A stretch of 64,000 bases of DNA from an uncultured Candidatus Bathyarchaeia archaeon (GCA_964399485.1 CAYNQS010000002.1:110796-174795); one strand, 5' to 3'; shown: positions 1 through 11,261, counted from the first letter of the stretch. The notes: a model not told the origin generated them from the sequence alone. Made by a program: numbers and translations.

Positions 1-760
1 CCTCAACGAAGACTAGTTTTGTGTCTTTTTCTTTGATGAATGGCCTGAAGGCTCCCAGAGCGTTGCTTCCTCCGCTGCCGCAAGCCACCATCCTGTCTGG
101 CAGTCTGTCCTCCTTTTCAAGTATCTGCTCTTTGATTTCCTTTCCGATTACGCTCTGAAACGTTGCAACAATCTCTGGAAACGGGTGGGGACCTACAGTT
201 GACCCCATAAGATAATGGGTGGTCTGCGAACAGTCTGTCCATTTCCTCAAAGTGTCAGAGACAGCGTCCTTCAGAACTCCCATTCCGATGTCGACAGGGG
301 TCACTTTTGCTCCCAGCAGTTTCATCCGCTTCACGTTGCTTGCCTGCCTTTTAATGTCCTTCACGCCCATGAAAACCTCAGTCTCTAGCTCGCATACGTT
401 GCCTGCCATGGCTGTTGCGAGCCCATGCTGCCCTGCCGCGGTTTCTGTGATTAAACGTGACTTTCCCATTTCTTTGGTTAAGAGCGCCTGACCTAAGGCG
501 TTGTTGAGTTTATGTGAGCCTCCGCACACCAGGTCTTCCCGTTTTAGGTAGACTTTGCAGCCGACGAGCTTGCTGAAGTTCTTCGCGTAGTATAGTGGGG
601 TTGGTCTTCCCGCATAATCTCTCAGCAACCCGCTAAGCTTCGTTTGGAATTCAGCTGTTGGGTAATGCTTTTCAAAGGCTGCCTCCAACTCGATGAGAAT
701 CGGCATCAGCACCTCGTTCACATACTGTCCGCCATATTTCCCGAACTTTCCCTTTTTCAA
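1..760 (-). CDS. trpB: Tryptophan synthase beta chain (runs off window edge)
   Basis: Manual translation from TTG 760: [14 protein letters not shown]...YAGRPTPLY...[15 protein letters not shown]...ETAAGQHG...GSGGSN; follows trpF. Confidence 0.95.
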   Translation of the reverse strand, partial: MKKGKFGKYGGQYVNEVLMPILIELEAAFEKHYPTAEFQTKLSGLLRDYAGRPTPLYYAKNFSKLVGCKVYLKREDLVCGGSHKLNNALGQALLTKEMGKSRLITETAAGQHGLATAMAGNVCELETEVFMGVKDIKRQASNVKRMKLLGAKVTPVDIGMGVLKDAVSDTLRKWTDCSQTTHYLMGSTVGPHPFPEIVATFQSVIGKEIKEQILEKEDRLPDRMVACGSGGSNALGAFRPFIKEKDTKLVFVE

Positions 761-774
761 TTCAACACACCCAC

Positions 775-1437
775 TCAATTGTCTGATAACTTGGTCTCCT
801 TTGCATTTTTAACAAAAGCCCTAACCTTCTCATGGTCCTTAACCGCTGGCCGCAACTCAACGCCGCTGGCAACATCAACCGCGTACGGCTGAACAGTGAG
901 AATCGCTTCTTTGACGTTTTCAGGCTTCAAGCCCCCTGCCAAGATTAGTGGAAGGGGCGCAACAGCCTCCCTGATTTGCCTGCTTAACGTCCAGTTATGA
1001 ACTCTGCCTGTTCCGCCGTATTGCCCCCTAGTGAAGGAGTCCAGAAGCACCGCATCAAAAGCTTTCAATTCTTCTATTGCTGTTTCGTTAAGGGCATCTT
1101 TTGTTACGTAGACGGTTTTTATCAGGCGAATATGCTTTATCCGTTCACGAATTTCTGAAGCCTCAAAGTTCTTTTTTCCGTGAATCTGGATTGCCGTCGG
1201 CTTTAACTTTTCACAGATTTTGGCAAGCCCGTCGATGCTCTGGGGCGCCGTAACCACTACGCTGTCAACGAAAACTGGCACCTCCCGTAGCAGAGTTTCA
1301 GCCCTTTCTATGGTCAGGTTTCTTGGCGATGAGGGAACGCCTACAAGGAACCCGACAGCGTCTGCTCCGGCAGCCACGGCGACGGCTAAGTCCTCTTTTC
1401 GGGTTATTCCGCAAATCTTGACTCTGACGCTTCTCAA
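775..1437 (-). CDS. trpF: Phosphoribosylanthranilate isomerase
   Basis: [34 protein letters not shown] motifs; trp operon. Confidence 0.96.
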   Translation of the reverse strand: MRSVRVKICGITRKEDLAVAVAAGADAVGFLVGVPSSPRNLTIERAETLLREVPVFVDSVVVTAPQSIDGLAKICEKLKPTAIQIHGKKNFEASEIRERIKHIRLIKTVYVTKDALNETAIEELKAFDAVLLDSFTRGQYGGTGRVHNWTLSRQIREAVAPLPLILAGGLKPENVKEAILTVQPYAVDVASGVELRPAVKDHEKVRAFVKNAKETKLSDN

Positions 1438-2213
1438 TGGGCAGCAACAAACTCCTTAACCTTTTCTTCTATGTTGTCAGCCATCATGATTGCTGACCCA
1501 ATTAAAAAAGCTTGAGCGCCGCATCCGCGGAGAAAAAGCAGATCCGAGTGGGTCATCACTCCGCTTTCGCTAACAACAATCTTATCTTGGTTGTCATATT
1601 TTTTCAGGATTCGCTCCGTTATTCTAACGTCAACTTCCAGCGTTCTGAGGTCTCGATTGTTGATTCCAACCAAATCAGCATCGGTTTCTATTGCAGATTG
1701 GAACTCGCTTTCACTGTGGGTCTCTAATAAAACCTCAAGATTTTTTGCATGCGTCTCTGAAATCATCTCGTCGAGGCTGAGTTCGCAGTATTCCCGTTCG
1801 AAAAGGGCTTCTATCAGAAGAACAGCGTTGGCGCCGATTTTTGATGCGGCTTCAAGCTGTATTGGGCTGATGATTATGTCTTTCATGAGGACTGGAAGCT
1901 TCACTGCTTTTCTGACTTTTGCTAAGTAACTAAGAGAACCGTTGAAGTGTTTTGGTTCTGTCAGAACTGATATTCCTGTTGCTCCGCCGTTCTCCATGGC
2001 TGCTGCAACCTTCTCTGGCTCAAAGCTTTTTCTGATGGTTCCTCTGGAGGGCGACGCGGCTTTAACCTCTGCAATTACCGCGTTTCTCTTGCTTTCAAGA
2101 ATAGCTTTCTTGAGGCTAACGGCAGAGAATGTGTCCGTAGTTGAAACTTTGTAGTATCCCTCGTTGACGCTTTCTTTTGCATCCAGTGCTAATGTATCAA
2201 GGAAATCAGGCAT
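1434..2213 (-). CDS. trpC: Indole-3-glycerol phosphate synthase
   Basis: IAEVKAASPS, SVLTEP..F.GS, LMKDII, GINNRDL, SESG; likely start at MPDF (2213). Confidence 0.95.
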   Translation of the reverse strand: MPDFLDTLALDAKESVNEGYYKVSTTDTFSAVSLKKAILESKRNAVIAEVKAASPSRGTIRKSFEPEKVAAAMENGGATGISVLTEPKHFNGSLSYLAKVRKAVKLPVLMKDIIISPIQLEAASKIGANAVLLIEALFEREYCELSLDEMISETHAKNLEVLLETHSESEFQSAIETDADLVGINNRDLRTLEVDVRITERILKKYDNQDKIVVSESGVMTHSDLLFLRGCGAQAFLIGSAIMMADNIEEKVKEFVAAH

Positions 2214-3267
2214 GTTCTGTCTCCAACTGTTCAAGCTTTGATAGGTCTCCGTGGGAGAATTCTATTAGTTCCTTGAGTTTCCTGTAGGCGGCGCCGCTTT
2301 CAATTGATTCGTGGGCTGCTTCTATTCCATAACCGAAACCGTCAGCTTTGCCCGCTGCGATAATAGCTGCAGCCCCGTTGACTTGAACTATTTCTCTTCG
2401 CGGATTATCAGCGTCACAGCAGCCATACAAGATTTCGAAGACGAGTTCTGCGCTTTCTTCTGGCGTGGTTCCTCTGATGTCTTCTGTTTTCGCCTGTTTG
2501 ACGCCGAAATCTTTTGGGGTCATCTCCCTTGTTGTAACCTTGCCCTCTCTTAGCCATGAAATCACTGTTTTTCCTATGGTGGATATCTCATCTAACCCGT
2601 CTAAGCCGTGGACGATTATCGCTTCTTCGCAGCCAAGACTCTTCAGGGAATAGGCTAGAGCCTCAGTTAATCTATGATCGTAAACCCCCAGCAACTGGGC
2701 ATTGGCATCTGCCGGGTTCGTCAGTGGACCAAGAACGTTGAATACCGTTCTGATTCCAACCTCTCTTCTGGGGCCAATAGCGTATTTCATGGCGGGATGA
2801 AAAGCAGGAGCAAACATGAAGCCCACCCCAACCTCTTCGATAGCCTTCTCAACATCCTCAGGGGATATGCTGAGGTTAAGCCCCAGCTTCTCCAGAACAT
2901 CGGCGCTGCCGCATTTGCTTGTAACTGACCTGTTTCCATGCTTAGCCACCGCAATATCTGCTCCGGCAACGACAAAAGCGGCGGTGGTGCTGATGTTGAA
3001 GGTTTTGATTTTGTCTCCTCCGGTTCCGCAAGTATCAACTAACCTTCCCTTTACGTGGGGATGGATTCGGTGACAATATTGCTTCATTACAGAAGTGAAA
3101 GCTGTAATCTCCTCGGCTGTTTCGCCCTTCACTCTTAGCGCTGTCAAGAATGCGCCTATCTGGGCGTTTGTTGCTGAGCCAGACATAATTTCTTTCATGC
3201 TTGCCGTAGACTCTTCGTGGGTCAAATCGGCGCCATTAACCAGTTTATGTATGCTTTCCTTAATCAC
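2206..3267 (-). CDS. trpD: Anthranilate phosphoribosyltransferase
   Basis: DTCGTGGD, FNIST, AKHGNRS, GSADVLE, GLDE motifs. Confidence 0.97.
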   Translation of the reverse strand: MIKESIHKLVNGADLTHEESTASMKEIMSGSATNAQIGAFLTALRVKGETAEEITAFTSVMKQYCHRIHPHVKGRLVDTCGTGGDKIKTFNISTTAAFVVAGADIAVAKHGNRSVTSKCGSADVLEKLGLNLSISPEDVEKAIEEVGVGFMFAPAFHPAMKYAIGPRREVGIRTVFNVLGPLTNPADANAQLLGVYDHRLTEALAYSLKSLGCEEAIIVHGLDGLDEISTIGKTVISWLREGKVTTREMTPKDFGVKQAKTEDIRGTTPEESAELVFEILYGCCDADNPRREIVQVNGAAAIIAAGKADGFGYGIEAAHESIESGAAYRKLKELIEFSHGDLSKLEQLETEHA

Positions 3268-3273
3268 TAATCA

Positions 3274-3855
3274 TCACCTTGCTTCAAGAAAGTTTTTGAT
3301 TATCTTTTTTCCGTCCTCGCACAATATGGATTCGGGATGAAACTGCACCCCTGTAATCGGGTAGGTTCTGTGGCGGACTCCCATAATCTCGCCATCATCA
3401 GTGGATTCGGCTGTTATCTTGAGGCATGAGGGAATAGATCCTCTGTCTCCAACAAGGGAATGGTATCGTGTTGCAGTGAACGGATTTCTGACACCCTCAA
3501 AAATGCCTTCTCCGTCATGTTTTATTCTGCTAGTTTTTCCATGCATCAGTCGCTTTGCCTGAATGATTTTTCCGCCGAACGCGTAAATTATCCCCTGATT
3601 TCCGAGGCAAACTCCCAGTGTGGGGATTTTGCAGCTCATCTGCTGTAGAATGGTTGAGCAGACTCCGAAGTAGTGCGGGTCTTCGGGTGTGCCGGGGCCT
3701 GGGGAAATGACTATGCGCTGGGGGTTCAGCTGCATGGCTTGTTTGAGGGTTATTTGGTCGTTTCTGTAAACGACTGGTTCTCCTCCGAGTTCTCCAATGT
3801 ATTGGACAAGATTGTAGACGAAGGAGTCATAATTGTCGATGACCAAAACTTTCAT
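3274..3855 (-). CDS. trpG: Anthranilate synthase component II (glutamine amidotransferase)
   Basis: IDNYDSF, SPGPG, GVCLG, RYHSL, QFHPES. Confidence 0.96.
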   Translation of the reverse strand: MKVLVIDNYDSFVYNLVQYIGELGGEPVVYRNDQITLKQAMQLNPQRIVISPGPGTPEDPHYFGVCSTILQQMSCKIPTLGVCLGNQGIIYAFGGKIIQAKRLMHGKTSRIKHDGEGIFEGVRNPFTATRYHSLVGDRGSIPSCLKITAESTDDGEIMGVRHRTYPITGVQFHPESILCEDGKKIIKNFLEAR

Positions 3856-5264
3856 TCTTTTTCACTTCCTGAAACTTCTAACGCTTTGATTAGTGCCTGA
3901 GCCTTCTGCTCTGTTTCGAACCATTCTCTCTCCGGATCAGAATCTGCCACTATGCCGGCTCCCACCTGAATGTGGGCTTTGTCTCCGTTGGCGATGAGGG
4001 TTCTGATGGTGATGGCGAAGTCTGCGTTGCCGTTGTAGGAGAAGTATCCTACGGCTCCGGCGTATGGTCCCCTTTTTGTGGGCTCAAGCTCTTCGATTAT
4101 TTCCATTGCCCTGACCTTGGGGGCTCCTGAGACTGTGCCGGCTGGAAAAACTGCTCTCAGCGCGTCGTAGCAGTCGCATTCGTCTCTGAGGTCGCCGACA
4201 ACCCGCGAAACGATGTGCTGTACGTGACTGTATTGGTGCACCTTCATGAATTCTGGGAGGTGGACACTTCCGAACTTTGACACTTTTCCAATGTCGTTTC
4301 TGCCCAAGTCCACTAGCATCACATGCTCAGCGCGTTCCTTGGGGTCCGCCAGCAGCTCTTCGGTCAACCGCTTGTTTTCGACCTGATTTTTTACGTGGGG
4401 TCTTGTGCCTGCTATCGGAAAAGTTTCAACCACCCTGTTTTCGACTCTCACGAGCATTTCAGGGCTTGACCCAACTATCTGATGTTCGCCAGATTTCAGA
4501 AAGTACATGTACGGTGACGGATTTATGTCTCTGAGGTTGCGGTAGAAGCCGATCAGGTCGCCTTTGATCTGAAAGTCGTAGCGTTTGGAGAGAACAACTT
4601 GAAAAACGTCGCCAGCGGTCACATATTCCTTCGCCTTCTCCACGGCATCCTCAAACCGCTCCTTAGATATGTTGACTTTCAGTTGCTTATGCGACAATGC
4701 TTCGTGATTTTCTGGCATTTGCAGTATTTTGCTAATTTCTGGTAGCCGATTTTCGTTTAGGTGATAGTAGAATGCTTGCTTGTTTCTGTGGTCATAAACG
4801 ATGCCGTCATCGAAAACTCCGACCTCAATGTCAGGGAAGTTTTGGTCGTCGAGTGCGCTTTCAGGCAGTTTTTCCCAGCATCGAATCGCATCATAGGAGA
4901 TGTATCCCACCGCTCCGCCGATGAACCTTTGCTCCTTGAATCCGGGTAGGTTTCTGAGTGTTTCTTGGATTACAGCTAATGGTTCGTTGACTTTTCTTCT
5001 CTCTTCTTCACCCGTTCTTTCGTTACGGATAACTACTTCTCCGTTCTTGATTGTGATTGTTAAGGTTGGGTCGAATCCTATGAACGAGTATTGTGACAGT
5101 TTCTTTGGTCCCTCGATTGACTCGAGGATATACATGTTTTCGTATTTGTTGTAGAGTTTCGAGAAGATTTCTAGAGGCGGCTTTTCAAAGGAGAGTTTTC
5201 TAATCTTCAACTGACGAGTAACTTTGGAGATTGTTGGCGTTGTCGATTTTTGGAAGCCAAACAT
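3852..5264 (-). CDS. trpE: Anthranilate synthase component I
   Basis: [45 protein letters not shown]. Confidence 0.96.
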   Translation of the reverse strand: MFGFQKSTTPTISKVTRQLKIRKLSFEKPPLEIFSKLYNKYENMYILESIEGPKKLSQYSFIGFDPTLTITIKNGEVVIRNERTGEEERRKVNEPLAVIQETLRNLPGFKEQRFIGGAVGYISYDAIRCWEKLPESALDDQNFPDIEVGVFDDGIVYDHRNKQAFYYHLNENRLPEISKILQMPENHEALSHKQLKVNISKERFEDAVEKAKEYVTAGDVFQVVLSKRYDFQIKGDLIGFYRNLRDINPSPYMYFLKSGEHQIVGSSPEMLVRVENRVVETFPIAGTRPHVKNQVENKRLTEELLADPKERAEHVMLVDLGRNDIGKVSKFGSVHLPEFMKVHQYSHVQHIVSRVVGDLRDECDCYDALRAVFPAGTVSGAPKVRAMEIIEELEPTKRGPYAGAVGYFSYNGNADFAITIRTLIANGDKAHIQVGAGIVADSDPEREWFETEQKAQALIKALEVSGSEKE

Positions 5265-5519
5265 TATCCCTCATGCCACAACTCTCCCAAGGAACACTGA
5301 TAAACTGTAACGCCATATTTAAACCTTCTGAGTACAAAAATGTACCTTAGCCTTTTTGGATGCCACACGAACAAAAGCAACCAAGCTATAATGCTATTGT
5401 TAAAGGCAGAACTAGACGGGGCCGTCACCCTCTTCTGCAGCGTCATAAAAACAAGCAACTCTGAAATCATAGGCGTAACTTTAATTAACGTCTCGTGGAT
5501 TTGTATGAACTGAATCGCC

Positions 5520-5696
5520 ATGAGTGTTCGAAAGAAAAAAAAGAAAGAAGGAGCACGCATGCCCGCTCAAGGCGCTGGGCTTCTCAGATTCTTTGAAGAG
5601 GACACAAGAGGCATCAAGGTTAAACCAGAATTAGCTGTAATCTTAGCCATAGCCCTCATAGTGGGCAGTATCTTGGCAACGATCTTTTTCACGTAA
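5520..5696 (+). CDS. secG: Preprotein translocase subunit Sec61beta (58 aa, not in ORF track)
   Basis: MSVRKKKKKEGARMPAQGAGLLRFFEEDTRGIKVKPELAVILAIALIVGSILATIFFT: AGLLRFFEED..GIKV.P motif plus C-terminal TM. Confidence 0.93.
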   Translation: MSVRKKKKKEGARMPAQGAGLLRFFEEDTRGIKVKPELAVILAIALIVGSILATIFFT

Positions 5697-5699
5697 CTT

Positions 5700-5981
5700 C
5701 TATTTTTCATGCAGAACTTCGATGCGCTGAACAGAACTTAAGTTAACAAAAACCTCGCTTCGGTCTTCTCTGCTTACAATCTGCGGCACAGGCTGCGCTA
5801 TAGTGGACCGCAAAGTCACAACTTCAGCGTCAGAAAGCCAGATGCCCGGCGGTTCCCTAGTTACAGCGGCTAAGGTTCCCTCGAATCCGTAAGAAGGGTC
5901 CAAAATTGCAACCATTTTTCGCCCAATTTGCCGTTCGAGAATCTGGAATACTGAAGGCGGAGGAAGTCCAGTGTTTGACAT
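5700..5981 (-). CDS. Small protein, probable divergent Sm/LSm-like fold
   Basis: Helix-LERQIGRKM..LD...GFEGTL...IWLSDAE...EVFVNLSSVQRIE resembles Sm1/Sm2 motifs; ATG 5981. Confidence 0.55.
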   Translation of the reverse strand: MSNTGLPPPSVFQILERQIGRKMVAILDPSYGFEGTLAAVTREPPGIWLSDAEVVTLRSTIAQPVPQIVSREDRSEVFVNLSSVQRIEVLHEK

Positions 5982-6260
5982 AGCCCTTAAATTTAATTCG
6001 GGTTCGCCATAAAAGCTTTTACGCCCCAAAATTATGATTTTGAACATACTTTTTTTGGGGTTGCCTTCGATGCTGGCATCCAGTTTGGCACTATTTATTC
6101 ATAAAAATGTCAATAGAATTTTCCTGATATAATCCCAATTATGTAAAAACAGTTCTGTGTTACGTTTTTCGCGGCACATTTAAGTAGCACCAAGGAGGCA
6201 GAGGTATAACATTAATATTTTTGAGCGGTTCCTAGAAGAATATGGCAGAGAGGCGTCAGA

Positions 6261-8084
6261 TTGACCAACGATTCAACAGATAAATACATTGACAAGGTTG
6301 TGAAGCGATATTCAAAACTGTTTGTGCTTCCCTCCCGAAGTAGAATAACGCTTTATCTTGGAGTCCTGTCTCTGCACGGCGGAATCCTGTCAATCCTGCC
6401 TTTGAATCTCTCTCTCCAAAACTTTGTTGTTGGTCTAGGCTTCGGAGCAAGTTTTCTCGTCCTAACTTTACTCTCAGACATTATAATCAGCCAAACTTCC
6501 ATGAAAAACGCTCCAATTTACAATTTGAGGCGATGTTACGCCCTCTCTTTCTTCTCCTCACTCATATGGTTTGGAATACTGTTTCTCGGCAGTCTAATTA
6601 GCGCTCTTCTAGGAGCTCCAGAGCTTTGGATCAGATTTTTCTTTTTGGGTTTCAGTGGAGCCCTAATCCTTCGCCTGTTAGTTCTTTCCATTACCTCCTT
6701 AGCGGGGTTTGGAAGAACCCTTTTCTCTTCTATACTGCAGCCCACCCTAGTTGCGCTTCCCATCCTTTTTATGCTCTCTACGATTGGATATGCCTTGGAG
6801 CTGCCAATTCTCGTTCTCGCTTCAACTTCTGTCTCCGTGTCTCTCTTGACCGTGTTTGCTTTCAAATACTTCATGGACCGCATAGGCACTGGAACCCTCG
6901 GCATCGCCTCCTCTGTGCTCTTCAAAGCCTTTTTAGCCAACTGGACAGAGGGCCTTATCGCACCCATGGAGACTTTCTTTGAGAAGCTTGGCAGCAAACA
7001 GGACGTCAAAGTCTCTTTGTTGACTTTCAGGACCGGCGAAAAGATAAAGGCGGTGATTGTTGTTCCAGCCCTGCATCCGGGTCCATTCAAGAACCTTGGA
7101 AGCAGCCTCCTCCCCTCTTTGATTCAAACCACTATACAAAACAGGTTTGATTGTGTTGTTTCTGCCCCTCACGGCTTAGTGGGTCACGAATTAGACGTTT
7201 CCACTCAGTCTGAAAATCAAAGAGTTGTACAGAGCATACTGGAATTCGTCGGCTCCTCATCCACATATTCTAAAGCCACCCCCATGGTTCGAACCGAAAG
7301 CGACGATGCAAAAGCCAGCTGCCAACTATTCGGTGACTGCGCTTTTCTAACGTTAACCACAGCGCCGAAAACCATTGAAGACCTTCCCCCAGAACTGAAT
7401 TCCCTAATTGTCAGCGAAGCTGAGAAACTGGGGCTTTCCGTTCTTGCAATCGATGCCCATAACAGCATGGGCGGTTCATTCGACCGCGATTCTGCTGTTA
7501 CATCCTTCAGCAAAGCTTCTGTGGACTGTCTCGAAAAAGCGCTGAAATGCAACCCTTCATCCTTCAAATTGGGAGCAGCAACAGTTGTACCCCAAGAGTT
7601 CACAGTTAAGGATGGGATGGGTCCCGGAGGCATAAGCGTGATTGTTGTGGAGGCCGATGACCAGAAGGTAGCTTATGTAACTATCGACGGAAACAACATG
7701 GTGTCTGGGTTGAGAGACAAAATACTCTCAACACTGAAAGAGCTGGGAATAGACGACGGGGAGGTCCTCACTACTGACACCCACTCGGTATGCGGCATGA
7801 TACGGTCTGCCCGAGGCTACAATCTGGTGGGTGAAGCAATCGATCACCTGAAGCTCATCAGCTACATCAGAGAGGCAACTATTCATGCTTTAGACAATAT
7901 GGAACCTGTGGAGGCGTCATGGCGCACTGAAGTAATCCCCAACGTTAAAGTCATCGGGGAGCAGCAGATAACAGAACTGACTGTTTTGGCTGACAAGACC
8001 ACGCATCGGGCTCGAAGACTCGCCGTATCCGTCTTTCCCACGGCTGCCGTATCTTTGGTTCTGCTTCTGCTTTTTCTCCTTTAG
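6261..8084 (+). CDS. DUF2070-family membrane protein
   Basis: About 6 N-terminal TMs, HPGPF..LGSS, HG..GHE, DAHNS, DGNN, TTDTH motifs. Confidence 0.85.
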   Translation: MTNDSTDKYIDKVVKRYSKLFVLPSRSRITLYLGVLSLHGGILSILPLNLSLQNFVVGLGFGASFLVLTLLSDIIISQTSMKNAPIYNLRRCYALSFFSSLIWFGILFLGSLISALLGAPELWIRFFFLGFSGALILRLLVLSITSLAGFGRTLFSSILQPTLVALPILFMLSTIGYALELPILVLASTSVSVSLLTVFAFKYFMDRIGTGTLGIASSVLFKAFLANWTEGLIAPMETFFEKLGSKQDVKVSLLTFRTGEKIKAVIVVPALHPGPFKNLGSSLLPSLIQTTIQNRFDCVVSAPHGLVGHELDVSTQSENQRVVQSILEFVGSSSTYSKATPMVRTESDDAKASCQLFGDCAFLTLTTAPKTIEDLPPELNSLIVSEAEKLGLSVLAIDAHNSMGGSFDRDSAVTSFSKASVDCLEKALKCNPSSFKLGAATVVPQEFTVKDGMGPGGISVIVVEADDQKVAYVTIDGNNMVSGLRDKILSTLKELGIDDGEVLTTDTHSVCGMIRSARGYNLVGEAIDHLKLISYIREATIHALDNMEPVEASWRTEVIPNVKVIGEQQITELTVLADKTTHRARRLAVSVFPTAAVSLVLLLLFLL

Positions 8085-8162
8085 ATGCTAAATCATAAAC
8101 TTGAACAGAAACGATTTTTGCTCATACCCTTTTGCTGAAAATTTCCGAAAACCTTATTCTTT

Positions 8163-8675
8163 ATGTCGCTCTTTTTCAAGGGTAGGTGTTGTGTTTTGAG
8201 TTCAAATGATGAGTTAGTTGATCTTTTCAAGAATCAAATCAAAATTGAGCAAACCATCGTCGACTCCGTGAAAAAGGGGTTGGTTGAAATCCAGAATCCT
8301 GCTGTCAAGGGAGTTCTGAAGGGAATTTCCTTAGATTCCTTGAAGCACGCGGAAATGTATTCCTCTGCGATTAACCTGTTAACCAGTGTTCCTCAGGCGT
8401 TGACAGAAGGGAACCTTGACAGGCAGAGAGAACTTGTGGAGAAGCACATACGATTAGAGGCGGAGATCATACAGAAACTCAATGAGGCTATTCCATCCAT
8501 CCAGAACGAGAAGGTTAAGCTTCTCCTGAATGCAATCTTATCGGATGAGAAGAGACATCACGCCCTCCTGAAGAAAGTCTTGGAGATTCTGGTTAGAGGC
8601 GAAACCATAACTGACAAAGAGTGGTGGGATGTCATGTGGGAAAACGTTCCGTTCCACGGAGCCCCAGGCGGATAA
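8163..8675 (+). CDS. Ferritin-like four-helix-bundle protein
   Basis: Paired DSLKH and DEKRHH motifs; start may be TTG near 8196. Confidence 0.7.
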   Translation: MSLFFKGRCCVLSSNDELVDLFKNQIKIEQTIVDSVKKGLVEIQNPAVKGVLKGISLDSLKHAEMYSSAINLLTSVPQALTEGNLDRQRELVEKHIRLEAEIIQKLNEAIPSIQNEKVKLLLNAILSDEKRHHALLKKVLEILVRGETITDKEWWDVMWENVPFHGAPGG

Positions 8676-8763
8676 AAAAATAGAAACGGTTTTGACTGAA
8701 AGAATCAAAGCAACAATCTGAACTAGTGACTTTCTCAATCAGTCAGCTTTGCACATTCTAAGA

Positions 8764-9723
8764 TCAGGCCATTTCGCACTCTTTCAGCAGTTTTTGCCAG
8801 CGTCTGTCAACTTCTTTCTGGATATCTTCCAGAACGTGGTTGTTTTCCGGCTTGAACAGATGCCTGAATCTTCCCTGCGTCTTCAGGTACACCTCTACCG
8901 GCTTCTTCCTCTCCGGCTTCAGCGCTATCACCTTGCTTGGTGACGACAGCTTGTATTCGCCGTATTCAGCCTCCCAAAGTGGAAAGATGCATGTTTCAAC
9001 TGCCAAGCGGGCGATTTCAACAGATTTTGCTGTTTCGCTTCTCCATCCTCTTGGGCATGGAGCAAAGGCGTGTAGGAAGGCCGGTCCGTTTACTTCCATT
9101 CCTTTTCTGGCTTTCAAAACCAAGTCTTTCCAGTGTGAAATGCTGGCTGTGGCAACATACGGCATATAGTGGGCTACCATTATATCTGCTATGGGCTTTT
9201 TGTACTCCGCTTTTCCTGGGATAACTTTTCCTGCTGGCGAAGTTGTTGTCCATGCTCCATGTGGGGTGCCTCCGCTTCTCTGTATTCCCGTGTTCATGTA
9301 GGCTTCATTGTCGTAGAGCACATAGAGAAAGTCGTGTCCTCTCTCAACTGCGCCGGACAAACCCTGAAAACCTATGTCAAAGGTTCCGCCGTCTCCTGCA
9401 AAGGCAACAACGTCCACATGTTCATCTTTTATTCGCCCCTTCTTCCTCAGAATCTTCAGTGCAGATTCTATTCCAGCCGCGTTGGCTGCTGCGGTTTCGA
9501 AGGCGGTGTGTATCCACGGTATCTTCCAGGCTGTGTATGGGTAGATTGTTGAGACTACCTCCATGCAGCCTGTGGAGTTGGTGGCTATGATTGGTCCTCT
9601 TGCCGCCTTCATTACCAAACGAAGAGCTATTGCTGGACCGCATCCAGCGCAGGCTCTGTGTCCAGACAGAAACTTTTCAGGTGTTTGAGCGAATTCTTTG
9701 GCTGTGACTTTCCATTCTGACAT
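8764..9723 (-). CDS. porB: Pyruvate/2-oxoacid:ferredoxin oxidoreductase beta subunit
   Basis: GHRACAGCG, TGCMEV, GDGG TPP motif, DNEAYMNTG, PCP; likely start MSEW. Confidence 0.95.
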   Translation of the reverse strand: MSEWKVTAKEFAQTPEKFLSGHRACAGCGPAIALRLVMKAARGPIIATNSTGCMEVVSTIYPYTAWKIPWIHTAFETAAANAAGIESALKILRKKGRIKDEHVDVVAFAGDGGTFDIGFQGLSGAVERGHDFLYVLYDNEAYMNTGIQRSGGTPHGAWTTTSPAGKVIPGKAEYKKPIADIMVAHYMPYVATASISHWKDLVLKARKGMEVNGPAFLHAFAPCPRGWRSETAKSVEIARLAVETCIFPLWEAEYGEYKLSSPSKVIALKPERKKPVEVYLKTQGRFRHLFKPENNHVLEDIQKEVDRRWQKLLKECEMA

Positions 9724-9736
9724 ATTTTTCACCTCA

Positions 9737-10966
9737 TTACTCCCTTAACCCAATAAACTGAACCTTGTTTTCGATTTCTCCTGTTTCCGCTATCTTCTGC
9801 AGTTCCTTGTAGATGCCGTCTATCATGTATGGCGGCGTGTCTCTTCCTCCCAAGCCATAAATGTAGTTTACCAGTTTTGGTCTGTCTGGCAAGTCGTAGA
9901 CTGCGTGGCGAATTTCATGGAACAATGGTCCCCCGTTTCCACCGAAACTGCATGCACGGTCCATCACCGCAACCGCCTTCTTGTCTGAAAGGTTGCTGAC
10001 GATATCTTCTACTGGTAATGGTCTGAAAGTTCTCATTCTGAGTAGCCCAGCTTTGATTCCGTTTTCGCGCAGTTCATCTACAACAGTTTTCACTGTGCCC
10101 GCTGTTGAGCCTATGCAAATTGTTGCTATTTCCGCGTCATCAAGCCTGTAGGCTTCAACTAAGCCGTTTCCGTAGCTACGTCCGCTCTGTTTCGCATACT
10201 CGTCGTGAACCTGCTTAATCACGTCCAATGCTTTTCTCATGGATTCTTCCTGCTGCCTCTTATGCTCGAAATAGTAGTCTTGGAGGTCGAGCGGTCCAAT
10301 CGTCAACGGGTTTGCTGCATCAAGCTTGAAAGGAACAAGCTTGCCTTGGTGATTCATTACCATTGGAACCTGCCGTGTTCCAACAAACTTTTTCACAGCT
10401 TCGTCTGGAAGAACGCTCACGTTCTCTAATGTGTGACTTAAAACGAAACCGTCCAACCCAACTATTGTAGGAAGCATCACATCCAAGTTCTCAGCTATCC
10501 TGAATGCCTGAATTATCGAATCGTAAGCTTCTTGGCTGTTTTCTGCATAGAGCTGTATCCATCCGATGTCCCTCTCACACATGGCATCCGAGTGGTCACA
10601 GTGAATGTTGATTGGAGCTGACAACGCCCTGTTCACAACCGACATAACAACAGGAGTTCTGCAGCCAGAAGCAACACCCAACATTTCATGCATCAAAGCC
10701 AAACCAGCAGACGCTGTTGCAGTGAATGTTCGGGCGCCTGTTGCAGATGCTGTTATGCAGCATGTCATTGCGGTGTGTTCTGATTCTACACAAACGAACT
10801 CTGTGTCTACTTCGCCGTCTGCGACGTATTCGCTGAATTTTTCTACAATTATGGTTTGTGGCGTGATTGGATAGGCAGCCACTACATCTACGTCGCATTG
10901 TTTAACCGCGTAGGCGACTGCATTGTCTCCGTTTAGGGGCACAATTTTCTGTTCAACTTTAGCCAT
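9737..10966 (-). CDS. porA: Pyruvate/2-oxoacid:ferredoxin oxidoreductase alpha subunit
   Basis: AYPITPQT, VESEH, TATASAG, NRALSAP, GLGGRD. Confidence 0.95.
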   Translation of the reverse strand: MAKVEQKIVPLNGDNAVAYAVKQCDVDVVAAYPITPQTIIVEKFSEYVADGEVDTEFVCVESEHTAMTCCITASATGARTFTATASAGLALMHEMLGVASGCRTPVVMSVVNRALSAPINIHCDHSDAMCERDIGWIQLYAENSQEAYDSIIQAFRIAENLDVMLPTIVGLDGFVLSHTLENVSVLPDEAVKKFVGTRQVPMVMNHQGKLVPFKLDAANPLTIGPLDLQDYYFEHKRQQEESMRKALDVIKQVHDEYAKQSGRSYGNGLVEAYRLDDAEIATICIGSTAGTVKTVVDELRENGIKAGLLRMRTFRPLPVEDIVSNLSDKKAVAVMDRACSFGGNGGPLFHEIRHAVYDLPDRPKLVNYIYGLGGRDTPPYMIDGIYKELQKIAETGEIENKVQFIGLRE

Positions 10967-10973
10967 TTTCTGT

Positions 10974-11261
10974 TCACTCCTTCCCTTCCAGAACCATTTC
11001 TATGGCGTCTGCGGGGCATTCGTTGGCGCATATTCCACATCCCTTACAGAAGTCAAAATCAAAAACCATCTTGTCTGTCTCTTGGTCATGTTTTACGGCG
11101 CCTTCTGGGCAGTATATGTGACAGAACATGCATCGGGTGCATTTATCCGCGTTCCAGACTGGCTTGTAGGATCGCCAATCCCCGGTTTTGTATTCTGTGC
11201 TAGACATCCAACATGCGCCAGCAAGGGGAATTTCCTTCCATCCCTTTTTTTGTGTGCTCAT
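10974..11261 (-). CDS. porD: Oxidoreductase delta subunit (2x[4Fe-4S])
   Basis: TGDWR, CTRCMFCHIYCPE, CKGCGICANECP. Confidence 0.95.
   Translation of the reverse strand: MSTQKKGWKEIPLAGACWMSSTEYKTGDWRSYKPVWNADKCTRCMFCHIYCPEGAVKHDQETDKMVFDFDFCKGCGICANECPADAIEMVLEGKE

Noticed and set aside
400..545. TrpB motif deviations ([16 protein letters not shown])
   Set aside because: Catalytic Lys and Glu are retained and the operon context is intact; treated as ordinary divergence
5264..5560. 98-aa ORF abutting trpE, considered as a leader/attenuator
   Set aside because: Spans the divergent promoter region and overlaps Sec61beta; no Trp-codon run or attenuator structure
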